In this document: piece by piece, positions 56,235 through 64,000 of the stretch
Numbering within the stretch: the first letter of the stretch is position 1
Layout of the letters: every line of letters begins with the position of its first letter
Sequence record: MT764208.1
Length of the DNA stretch: 64,000 nucleotides
Origin: Escherichia phage JEP8
Reading direction: 5' to 3' (one strand)
Notes under the pieces: model-generated
The model's database searches: none
Seen by the model: only the letters and a program-made list of their open reading frames with translations
Told to the model about the DNA's origin: nothing
Program-made: the position numbers and the translations under genes

Positions 56235-56262
56235 ATTATACAGATTTAAATTTACTTGTCAA
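56235..56262 (-). promoter_or_regulatory. sigma70-consensus promoter (TTGACA-N16-TATAAT) upstream of gene 32
   Basis: minus-strand; perfect hexamers; approximate. Confidence 0.55.
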
Positions 56263-56939
56263 CTATTTGTTTCGGCTTTTAATTGAGATATTTCTTTACA
56301 CTCTTTAACTACTTTAACAAATAATGCTCTTGCTTTTGCGGCGTCAATAACAAGTAGTTTCTTGTACGCCTTCATTTTAACACTATAAGTTTGCCAAATC
56401 AAGTCTTTGGCTACCTTGTCGTGTGCGTCGATTATATTTAGAAAGCTATCTAACAACATAAACGACTCAAACGATATAATCCGATTTTGCAGTAGTTTAA
56501 AGATACCGCTAGTTTCGGTTGCGGGATTGTATGTAATTAGCTCTTTAAGAGTAACCCCGCGTTTCTCTGAGAAGTATACCAGACTTTTAATGTCATCGTC
56601 AAATCGTGTTGCTGCATCGGTTATCTTTCCTATGTATTCCATATAAAAGCCGTATGCGTCAACATCAGTGATTTCACCTACCCATGCATCGGTATTAGCT
56701 ACCAGATTGCTTAGGAATAGGAAGTATAATTCTCTTAGATTGTACTTTTCCGCTAATTTTGCGAAATAATACTTATCTCTGCGTTTATTGAATGCGGTAT
56801 CAGACAACCGCATCCTCCAATTGTATTTTACGCAATCATAACGCCCGTTCATGTGAGCTTTCATCATGCAATATAACATATACACAGATTTAGCATTAAT
56901 TCGCATATCTGGATCTGGAGGAAGACGGTTTCTGATCAT
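56259..56939 (-). CDS. 59: helicase loader (gp59-like)
   Basis: 226 aa; …DMRINAKSVYMLYCMMKAHMNGRYDCVKYNWRMRLSDTAFNKRRDKYYF… matches T4 gp59. Confidence 0.85.
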   Translation of the reverse strand: MIRNRLPPDPDMRINAKSVYMLYCMMKAHMNGRYDCVKYNWRMRLSDTAFNKRRDKYYFAKLAEKYNLRELYFLFLSNLVANTDAWVGEITDVDAYGFYMEYIGKITDAATRFDDDIKSLVYFSEKRGVTLKELITYNPATETSGIFKLLQNRIISFESFMLLDSFLNIIDAHDKVAKDLIWQTYSVKMKAYKKLLVIDAAKARALFVKVVKECKEISQLKAETNS

Positions 56940-56948
56940 ACATACCCC

Positions 56949-57218
56949 TTAAATATCGAGAGTGTTGGTCGGTTCGTCGATCACTCCCTTCCTGAGCGTT
57001 CTATTTACTATACATTCTTGTGTGATCTTGTCAATAATGGACACCGGAATATACTTCTGATAGTGACCATATTCTATAGAGTTTTCCTCTACAAACTGAG
57101 TTGTCGCTTCAAGATAAGTCAATCCCTCTTCAACAACCAGTTTTTCGATTGCAAGACCGTTTGCTGTTTTATTCGCGGCTTTTACCGCATGTTCATTAAG
57201 CATTGAACACCCGATCAT
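56949..57218 (-). CDS. 33: late transcription accessory protein (gp33-like)
   Basis: 89 aa; …EKLVVEEGLTYLEATTQFVEENSIE… resembles the T4 gp33 core; synteny after 59. Confidence 0.7.
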   Translation of the reverse strand: MIGCSMLNEHAVKAANKTANGLAIEKLVVEEGLTYLEATTQFVEENSIEYGHYQKYIPVSIIDKITQECIVNRTLRKGVIDEPTNTLDI

Positions 57219-57471
57219 AGAGTTCTACTGCCTCATCGCGTTCTGCTTCGAAGGTTTCGCGCTGTTGCTGGTGATACAGTTTAAACAGAATGCCCCACAT
57301 TTTACCATCTACGCCTAATTCTTCTTTAGCACGCTGCTTGATCTCTTTGATCTTATCGCCATATGCTTCTTGAATGGTTTTCTGATCGCTGGCTTCTTTA
57401 ATCAGTTGTGCCAGGGTATTTCCGTGCACTGCTTCGTCAAATACTACTTTTTCTTTTTTCTGTTCAGCCAT
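57196..57471 (-). CDS. dsbA: DsbA-like double-stranded DNA-binding protein
   Basis: 91 aa basic/acidic helical protein in the T4 dsbA position (between 33 and rnh); weak direct sequence evidence. Confidence 0.55.
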   Translation of the reverse strand: MAEQKKEKVVFDEAVHGNTLAQLIKEASDQKTIQEAYGDKIKEIKQRAKEELGVDGKMWGILFKLYHQQQRETFEAERDEAVELYDRVFNA

Positions 57472-57475
57472 AATA

Positions 57476-58072
57476 TTAACCCTCTTTCGTCATTAATTGA
57501 AAACCACGTTCAGCTTTTGAAATTTCGCTAGGACTTAAATCGTCACCAACATATTCTAGCATCATTTCTCGGATAATGTCAAGTGCTTTTTCATCACCTG
57601 ATTTTAACTCGAACTCAAGTTCATAGTGAGCATCTCCCATTACTTCGCCGACTTTGCAATAATAGAAAGTGTCTTTGCACATTTCCACTATAGCACCCTC
57701 AAGGTCAAGTGTCAATGACTTGCGGTATGTCATTACTTGCAACAAAGGAACTATAAGGTCGGAGTTTACGCCTAGACTATCAACATAGTGATAGAAATCA
57801 TCCATTGTTGAAAAAGTAATTTCTTCTCGGTTGAATAGTCCAGATTCACCATCACCTATTTTGACCATGATCAATGATCTATTAACGTCAAGTCGAGCAT
57901 AAATTCCTTTTCGACGCAGTGCATGATCTTCGGTATCATAATAAAATTCGTGTTTTAGAGTGTTAGCATGATCTACGATATTGTACCCGTCATACATTGC
58001 TACCCACAAATCACGGATTGTTTCTACACCATCCTGTGAATGAGCATAGTATTTTAATTCAAGTTCTTTCAT
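57476..58072 (-). CDS. CYTH-like (triphosphate tunnel metalloenzyme) domain protein
   Basis: 198 aa; N-terminal ExExK signature (MKELELKYY…), …LRRKGIYARLD…, and acidic EhEhE strand (HYELEFELK). Confidence 0.55.
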   Translation of the reverse strand: MKELELKYYAHSQDGVETIRDLWVAMYDGYNIVDHANTLKHEFYYDTEDHALRRKGIYARLDVNRSLIMVKIGDGESGLFNREEITFSTMDDFYHYVDSLGVNSDLIVPLLQVMTYRKSLTLDLEGAIVEMCKDTFYYCKVGEVMGDAHYELEFELKSGDEKALDIIREMMLEYVGDDLSPSEISKAERGFQLMTKEG

Positions 58073-58082
58073 GTGTCAACCC

Positions 58083-59030
58083 TTAGAACTCACCAATTTT
58101 CTGCAACATTTTAACTAACGCATTTGTTACAAAATAGTTATAAATTTTACCGCGTGGTGCTGGTTTAGATTTTTCCCATGCTAACAAAATTTCATATTCG
58201 ATGTTATCGGGAATAAATTCAAAATCAATAAGTTCGCGGTTTTCGTCAAAGCGTCGTGCTTCTTCCTCTGTCATCAAAGACTTTGGATCTTCGGCATCGA
58301 AAATTTGCTCCAACCATTTGGTTGCAATTGGTTTAGCTCGTTCCCCTTCCAGTCGTGAGATAATGAAATCACTACGGCACTTGATAGAAGCTACACCGTC
58401 TTTTGCGTCACCCTTAACACATTTTACCATAAGGTCTTTGTAAGGGCTACCATATTTGCATTTCTTCCACGCTTTCTGTACTGGCGCCCACTGTTTCACG
58501 TTTTTGTATTTGTGCAACTGTGTGTAGTCACCATCGCCGGAGTTGATCAGCACCTGGCGACCTTCTACAGAAAACTTTTTAGTTAACACAGCGATTATAT
58601 CATCTGCTTCAACTTTGTCAACCTTAATAACGTGATAAGGCATGTTCTCTTTAAACTCTTCGGTGATCTTATTGATTGCAGCAAAGATCATCTCCCAATC
58701 ACGCGGATCTGCGTCTCGCTTTTCCTTACGGTTGCGTTTATAGTAAGGGGCGATATCACGTCGCCAGTAACCTTTGCTTGAATCAAAAGCAAGCACCGTA
58801 ATAGGGTATTGCTCTTTGAATTTTGTCATATTATAACGCATGGTGTCAAGAATAAGATGACGGATCATGCCTTCATTAATGGGATCTTCCGGTTTAAAGG
58901 TATGCGAGATAGTAGCAATCATAAGCTGCGACATATCAATCAAATGCACACCTTCCGGCAGTTTATCTTCTGGATCATCGAAGAAATCATTAAGTGTAGC
59001 GGTAGTTTTTGTAAACGGGTTATACGTCAT
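58083..59030 (-). CDS. rnh: RNase H / 5'-3' flap exonuclease (FEN-1 family)
   Basis: 315 aa; colinear with T4 RNase H (…DFIISRLEGERAKP…PRGKIYNYFV…). Confidence 0.9.
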   Translation of the reverse strand: MTYNPFTKTTATLNDFFDDPEDKLPEGVHLIDMSQLMIATISHTFKPEDPINEGMIRHLILDTMRYNMTKFKEQYPITVLAFDSSKGYWRRDIAPYYKRNRKEKRDADPRDWEMIFAAINKITEEFKENMPYHVIKVDKVEADDIIAVLTKKFSVEGRQVLINSGDGDYTQLHKYKNVKQWAPVQKAWKKCKYGSPYKDLMVKCVKGDAKDGVASIKCRSDFIISRLEGERAKPIATKWLEQIFDAEDPKSLMTEEEARRFDENRELIDFEFIPDNIEYEILLAWEKSKPAPRGKIYNYFVTNALVKMLQKIGEF

Positions 59031-59032
59031 AA

Positions 59033-59230
59033 TTAAGTTCTCTCCACTCTCACAACAACATATTCGCCAAACGAGTTAGATACTTCACGATCATACCCGT
59101 ATTTCTCCATAACTCGCAGAATTGCATTGTTTAATTCGGCGCGGAAATAATTGTAATCCTTATCAGGGATTCTGTCAACTACCCATTTTGCACCGTCTGA
59201 CAAATCAACTTTAACCATAATATATATCAT
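59033..59230 (-). CDS. hypothetical protein (65 aa)
   Basis: small ORF between rnh and the gene 34 promoter region. Confidence 0.35.
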   Translation of the reverse strand: MIYIMVKVDLSDGAKWVVDRIPDKDYNYFRAELNNAILRVMEKYGYDREVSNSFGEYVVVRVERT

Positions 59231-59258
59231 CCTCTTTTGTTTCTATCAAGCCTTATTT

Positions 59259-59266
59259 TATAAATA
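59259..59266 (+). promoter_or_regulatory. T4-type late promoter TATAAATA upstream of gene 34
   Basis: exact TATAAATA about 30 nt upstream of the gene 34 ATG, followed by RBS AAGGAG. Confidence 0.65.
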
Positions 59267-59294
59267 TGAACATACTATAAAAGGAGACCCAATA

Positions 59295-62200
59295 ATGGCA
59301 GATTTTTCTCAACATTTCAAGGCCACATTTGGCTTTGACGCTGGTAATGAAAAGGTCGTCAATGTAGCATTGGCTGATAAGAATGTCAACACCGATGCGG
59401 TCAACGTTGAATTTTTCAATTACCATAATGGTATTACTCAGTATGACACAACTCGCGGTTATGATCAATACGGAACTACAATCTATCAAAACCGTCCGTA
59501 TTATGCAAAAGAAGATATCACAAAACCAGCAGGTGATTTTGACCCGACTAAATGGCAAGCACTGCGCACGGACCCACGTTGGGATTATATTGCAGCAACT
59601 TCCGGTGATACTCCTTTACAGTCTGGTGATTATATCGCAGCAGATGGTCAATTTGCAAACTTGACTTTCTCTATGCCAACTAAACCAGCAGAGGGAGACA
59701 CTATAACAGTAAAAGATATCGGTGGCAAGTGTGGTGTTAACGAATTATCGTTCTTGAGTTCAGGACATGAGTTTTACCATAACGGTAATGTGTATAACCG
59801 AAAATGGTATTGCACTACCCCGTATGCAATGAACTATTTCATCTTTGTTCGTAATCGTTGGCATGTTTATCAGACAGGAACAGAGCCACGCGGTGTGTAC
59901 GCACAGCCAGCGATTGATGCTATTCAAATGCAGAATGGTGATCAGGTCTTTCGTCGTAGTTCGTTGGGTAATATTACCTTAGTGCTTCCTAAGTTTGCCA
60001 ACAATGGCGACATGATCCAGACTACAGACCTTGACGGATTAACCGCAACCAACCACGTTACGGTTAAAGTTCATGAGCACGCAGAAGAACAATCAATTGG
60101 CACGTCCGGTCTAAAAGAGATTATCGGTAAGCGTAGCGGTCATGGTGTATTCATCTTTGACAAGACGGAAAACTTATGGCGTTTGTGGGATGGTGATCAG
60201 TCTGTTCGTCTTAAACCGATCATCGATGACACTCGCTTGCAACCTAATAGCTATGTTGCTGTATTTGGTGGTCGTGATGTTACTCTGACGCTGCCGACCA
60301 ATGTCGAGCCGGGTGATCGTATTCAAGTTTCTATGCAGTATATGCACGGAAACCAGAATTGCCGTATTATCACCCCCACAGAGGATACAAAAATCCTTAT
60401 GCAGAAAAACATGGTTCAGTTTCCTAAGCGTAGCGAGTACCCATTCAATGGGACCGATACATGGACTGGAGTGTCTGAATTGTCTTTCAACGCTGCAAAT
60501 GATTATGTACCTTATCTGGAGTTCTCTTATTCAGAAGGTGATGATGGTAAGAAATACTGGTTGGTGGCACATGCTCACCCGATTGTAGAACGAGTAGATC
60601 CGACTCGTAAAGACCGTGTTGGTGTAATTGCACTGGCTACCCAGGATGAAACAAACAAAAACCATGAAGATAATCCTAGCGACGAAGTTGCGGTGACTCC
60701 AAAGGTTCTGGCTAATAAAACAGCCAACGAAACTCGACGCGGTATTGCTCGCATTGCAACTCAAGCGGAAACGCATCAAGATACTGGTTCCAACTTCCTG
60801 GATGATGTTATCGTTACGCCTAAAAAGTTAAATGACTGTGTTGCTACCGAAGCCCGTCGTGGTGTGATGGAAATTGCAACCCAGCACGAAACCAATGAAG
60901 GTTTAGACGATACCCGCGCTATTACTCCTAAGAAATTAGAAGAACGTCGCGCTTCCGAAGATCTCGCTGGTATTGCTGAAATTGTTCAGGTTGGCGGTAG
61001 TGCTGCCGCTCGACGTGGCGAAGCTGGTACAGGGATCTATAACATCAACGACCATGCTAAAATTGTTACGCCAAAAAACATCAACGAGGTCAAGGCGACC
61101 GAAACTTCCCGTGGTGTTGGCTATCTGGCAACTGACGCGGAAGTGCAAGGGGCTACAGAATCAACCCCGCAAGATGCTTTACTAATCACGACTCGCACGC
61201 TAACGAAACGTACTGCTACCGAATCGCGCACTGGTATCGCTGAAATTGCAACTCAGGAAGAAACAAACTTAGGTCAAAGTGATAACCATATCATCACGCC
61301 TAAAAAGCTGCATACTCGCCGCGCAACGGAAACTTTACACGGTTTAGCAGAAATTGCAACTCAGCCGGAATTTGACGCAGGTCTTGACGATGCTCGCATT
61401 TCTACCCCATTGAAGATTAAAACCTTCTTTGAGAATGCACAGCGTTTGAAAGTAGATCCGACTCAGGGGCTTAACCTTACTGGTGATTTGTGGCAAGGTA
61501 TCATGATCCGTGGTCTGGACGCAACCGAAGACACAAAAGGTGTCGCTAAAGTTGCTACTACTCAGCTTACGGATGCTGGTCAAGATGATACTACAATCAT
61601 CACGCCTAAAAAGCTGCAAGACAAAAAGGCCACAGAAGGTAAAGAAGGTATTATCCGAGTTGGTACTCAAGCCGAAACCGTGGCTGGTACACTGGCTAAT
61701 GTAGCAATTTCTCCGAAGAACTTCAAATATGTTGTTCAGACAGAGGATACATGGAAAGCAACCGAAGCGCGTCGTGGTTTCTTGAAAGTTGCCACTCAGG
61801 AAAACTGTTTTGTTGGTGATAATCTGCAAGGTTCTACTCAAGAACTAGGAAACTACCAGCATGACGGAATTGCTGTTACTCCTAAAGGATTAAACTACGC
61901 TCTTGCTAATTTCTTACCTAAGATGGCAACCGCTCAGAATAGTTTGAAATTGGGTAACGTAGAGGCCGCTAAATGGGCGCGTAGAGACATTGACCAGACC
62001 ATAGAGAGCAATTACACGTTTAATAAAAACGTTAACGTGAAGGGCGATTTAGGGTGCTTAAAATCCGGTTCCTTTGAAACTCTGTCTGTGACTAAGAACT
62101 CTACTGATGTTCCGAGTAATGGTCATCTGGTGTTGGGTGAGCGTGGAGTTGACGGTCACACCGGAATTACATTGCATGGCACAACCGCATCGGAAGGCAT

Positions 62201-63035
62201 GAAAAACTCCTGGTCTATTATCGTTGGTGGTACTGGAACGGCGCAAGCAGTTAATAGTGGCGCTATCGCTTTCGGTCAAATCAATGATGGTGGAGTCGTC
62301 GAGCATTACGCCTTTGCTATGGAACACAATGGCGACGCGACAGCATATAGAGACTTTATTGCAGGTCGCAACCTGTATGCGAAACAAGGCGGTTTATACA
62401 TTGTTGACCAGTCTAATCCGGCAATGACTCGTTCCCCAGATGGTATGCTGAATATCGGTCACGGTGGAAGTGTTAACATCAAGGCAGGTCATCAAACGTT
62501 AACTACAGAGATCGCCGGACAGAAATATCAGATCGTACACGCAGGAAACGCCGACGAAGTTCTTAACCGTCGGTTTGTTAAGAATGCTGGCGATACAATG
62601 GTCGGTAAGCTGACTATGGATAATGCGCCTATTGTTTCTGTTAAACATGAAGCTAGCGCGGCAACCGCTCCGGCAATTGGTAACATCGGTTTCTGGAATA
62701 TGCGAGTTACTACCCAGAACATCAAAGAAACTTATCCAGAGAAGAAAAACGGTACTCTGATGCAATGGGGTACTGACGCGGACGGGCTTACCCAGCTTTG
62801 GTCCCCTGATGGTACTCATAAACATTATATCCGTTCCGGTACTGGTGGTCAATGGACCGCATGGGGTGAAATTTACACCAAACAGAATAAGCCTACCGCT
62901 CAGGAAATCGGGGCAGTAGTTGCAGAAGGTGGTTTAATGAACTCTATGACGGTGCGTGACTGGATCAAGGTTGGTAATGTTAAAATCATCGCCAATAATC
63001 TGACTCGTACCGTAGATTTTATCTGGGAAGACTAA
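59295..63035 (+). CDS. 34: long tail fiber proximal subunit (gp34-like)
   Basis: 1246 aa; repeated …TPKKL…ATE.RRG.AEIATQ… modules and C-terminus …TVRDWIKVGNVKII…VDFIWED like T4 gp34. Confidence 0.92.
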   Translation: MADFSQHFKATFGFDAGNEKVVNVALADKNVNTDAVNVEFFNYHNGITQYDTTRGYDQYGTTIYQNRPYYAKEDITKPAGDFDPTKWQALRTDPRWDYIAATSGDTPLQSGDYIAADGQFANLTFSMPTKPAEGDTITVKDIGGKCGVNELSFLSSGHEFYHNGNVYNRKWYCTTPYAMNYFIFVRNRWHVYQTGTEPRGVYAQPAIDAIQMQNGDQVFRRSSLGNITLVLPKFANNGDMIQTTDLDGLTATNHVTVKVHEHAEEQSIGTSGLKEIIGKRSGHGVFIFDKTENLWRLWDGDQSVRLKPIIDDTRLQPNSYVAVFGGRDVTLTLPTNVEPGDRIQVSMQYMHGNQNCRIITPTEDTKILMQKNMVQFPKRSEYPFNGTDTWTGVSELSFNAANDYVPYLEFSYSEGDDGKKYWLVAHAHPIVERVDPTRKDRVGVIALATQDETNKNHEDNPSDEVAVTPKVLANKTANETRRGIARIATQAETHQDTGSNFLDDVIVTPKKLNDCVATEARRGVMEIATQHETNEGLDDTRAITPKKLEERRASEDLAGIAEIVQVGGSAAARRGEAGTGIYNINDHAKIVTPKNINEVKATETSRGVGYLATDAEVQGATESTPQDALLITTRTLTKRTATESRTGIAEIATQEETNLGQSDNHIITPKKLHTRRATETLHGLAEIATQPEFDAGLDDARISTPLKIKTFFENAQRLKVDPTQGLNLTGDLWQGIMIRGLDATEDTKGVAKVATTQLTDAGQDDTTIITPKKLQDKKATEGKEGIIRVGTQAETVAGTLANVAISPKNFKYVVQTEDTWKATEARRGFLKVATQENCFVGDNLQGSTQELGNYQHDGIAVTPKGLNYALANFLPKMATAQNSLKLGNVEAAKWARRDIDQTIESNYTFNKNVNVKGDLGCLKSGSFETLSVTKNSTDVPSNGHLVLGERGVDGHTGITLHGTTASEGMKNSWSIIVGGTGTAQAVNSGAIAFGQINDGGVVEHYAFAMEHNGDATAYRDFIAGRNLYAKQGGLYIVDQSNPAMTRSPDGMLNIGHGGSVNIKAGHQTLTTEIAGQKYQIVHAGNADEVLNRRFVKNAGDTMVGKLTMDNAPIVSVKHEASAATAPAIGNIGFWNMRVTTQNIKETYPEKKNGTLMQWGTDADGLTQLWSPDGTHKHYIRSGTGGQWTAWGEIYTKQNKPTAQEIGAVVAEGGLMNSMTVRDWIKVGNVKIIANNLTRTVDFIWED

Positions 63036-63041
63036 TTAAAG

Positions 63042-63057
63042 GGGGCGAAAGCCCCCT
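63042..63057 (+). other. GC-rich stem-loop after gene 34 (GGGGGC-gaaa-GCCCCC)
   Basis: same hairpin sequence as at 50921 but in opposite orientation; no strong T-run. Confidence 0.4.
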
Positions 63058-63068
63058 ATGGGGTTATT

Positions 63069-64000
63069 ATGACACAAGATATAGAATTACGCAACACTGG
63101 AATTAGGTTTGCGCATTTCGATGAGGACTCCGCGACATTTACCAGCATTTCAGAAAACAACTCTGTGATGTATAAGCTGGAAGTGCGCGGATCTAATGCG
63201 GATTCTACCAAACCAGCAAGGATTAGATTTAATGGAGTGGAGATCGTTGGCACTGGCTATGAAAATGGCCTAAATTTTAAAGTTCTTACTCCAACTGGAC
63301 AACTACACGAAGAAAAGGTATTCTATGGTCGCGGTGCTGTTTTGGCAATGCGTGATTATCTTTCTTTGCTGAAAGGTGACTATATCATTGCGATGGCAAC
63401 GCATGGAGAATTGTTTGCAGATCCGGTAAGTGATGTTGTATTTTCTAAGCTGGGTTCTGTATCATTCCCGAATCACATTTTGTTACAGCAAATGCCTCGT
63501 GTATCCTATGCAGCAATTTATTCTACGAAAATGGGTAAAATTGTGTGCGAAGGTATGCAAGCGACCCACGGGGAAGGACAAGATTCATCTATACAAATTG
63601 AGAAAGTCTATGATACTATAGATGATCTTGCTATAACAGGAACACCACAACGATTTTTAGATTATCCGGTTGAGTATGTTAGCGAAGATGCCGAACATTT
63701 CGAGCTAATACAATGGCCTCACGATGAGATCAGCGCCCCACTTGAGGATTTTAACATAAAGGCAGGTGACAAACTATCAATATCCTTTGAATTGTTCCGT
63801 GATAGTGCCGCAGCCGCAGCCAACGTAACAGCGCGTTTCTATCACAACTACTTCACCGATGGACAATATAAAACTGGTGTTCGATACAATGCCAGCAAAA
63901 AAGATCAATGGGAAAAGTTTGAAGCCGTCTATACCGTACCGGAAGGAGTTGATAGTGTAGTAACTGGTTGTATCAGATATCCAACCAACTCAAATGAAGG
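63069..64000 (+). CDS. 35: long tail fiber hinge protein (gp35-like), 3'-truncated by window end
   Basis: open reading frame MTQDIELRNTGIRFAHF… runs without stop to the window end (absent from ORF track for that reason); assignment by position after gene 34. Confidence 0.5.
   Translation, partial: MTQDIELRNTGIRFAHFDEDSATFTSISENNSVMYKLEVRGSNADSTKPARIRFNGVEIVGTGYENGLNFKVLTPTGQLHEEKVFYGRGAVLAMRDYLSLLKGDYIIAMATHGELFADPVSDVVFSKLGSVSFPNHILLQQMPRVSYAAIYSTKMGKIVCEGMQATHGEGQDSSIQIEKVYDTIDDLAITGTPQRFLDYPVEYVSEDAEHFELIQWPHDEISAPLEDFNIKAGDKLSISFELFRDSAAAAANVTARFYHNYFTDGQYKTGVRYNASKKDQWEKFEAVYTVPEGVDSVVTGCIRYPTNSNE

Overview
This 64 kb window is a contiguous piece of a T4-like (T-even type) myovirus genome, and the gene order matches phage T4 almost gene for gene. 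The plus strand carries the packaging and head module (terminase 16/17, tail sheath 18, tail tube 19, portal 20, prohead core 67/68, protease 21, scaffold 22, major capsid 23, vertex 24). A minus-strand block follows with hoc, an inh-like gene and uvsY-26-25, with uvsW on the plus strand in between. The baseplate hub operon 51-27-28-29-48-54 is on the plus strand. A long minus-strand early/middle block then runs alt, DNA ligase 30, gp31, cd, pseT, a spanin pair, rnlA, denA, nrdB, nrdA, td, frd, 32, 59, 33, dsbA, rnh, and the window ends with long tail fiber genes 34 and the start of 35 on the plus strand. No alc-like gene sits between rnlA and the spanins. Embedded in the conserved backbone are hyperplastic stretches (about 30.0-37.7 kb, 45.5-46.4 kb, 48.0-48.6 kb, 53.1-55.2 kb) packed with small minus-strand ORFs, each preceded by a near-identical sigma70-consensus promoter whose spacer or -10 region lies in a GC-rich inverted repeat. 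This resembles the promoter-early stem-loop (PeSL) cassettes described for RB49-type phages. The candidates I would look at first are: a five-gene cassette with a DUF262/ParB-like protein, a zinc-ribbon protein and a truncated C5-cytosine-methyltransferase-like protein; a family of six paralogous small proteins sharing an HxHW...AVD motif; a second Alt-like ADP-ribosyltransferase with a lipoprotein; a NADAR-domain protein; a CYTH-like protein inserted between dsbA and rnh; a six-repeat zinc-ribbon protein where T4 has segG; and a thymidylate synthase with a large in-frame insertion. No tRNA, CRISPR array or intron was found. All assignments come from reading the translations and from remembered T4 biology, not from database searches. 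Coordinates of hand-derived features (small ORFs absent from the ORF track, promoters, hairpins) may be off by 1-3 nt.
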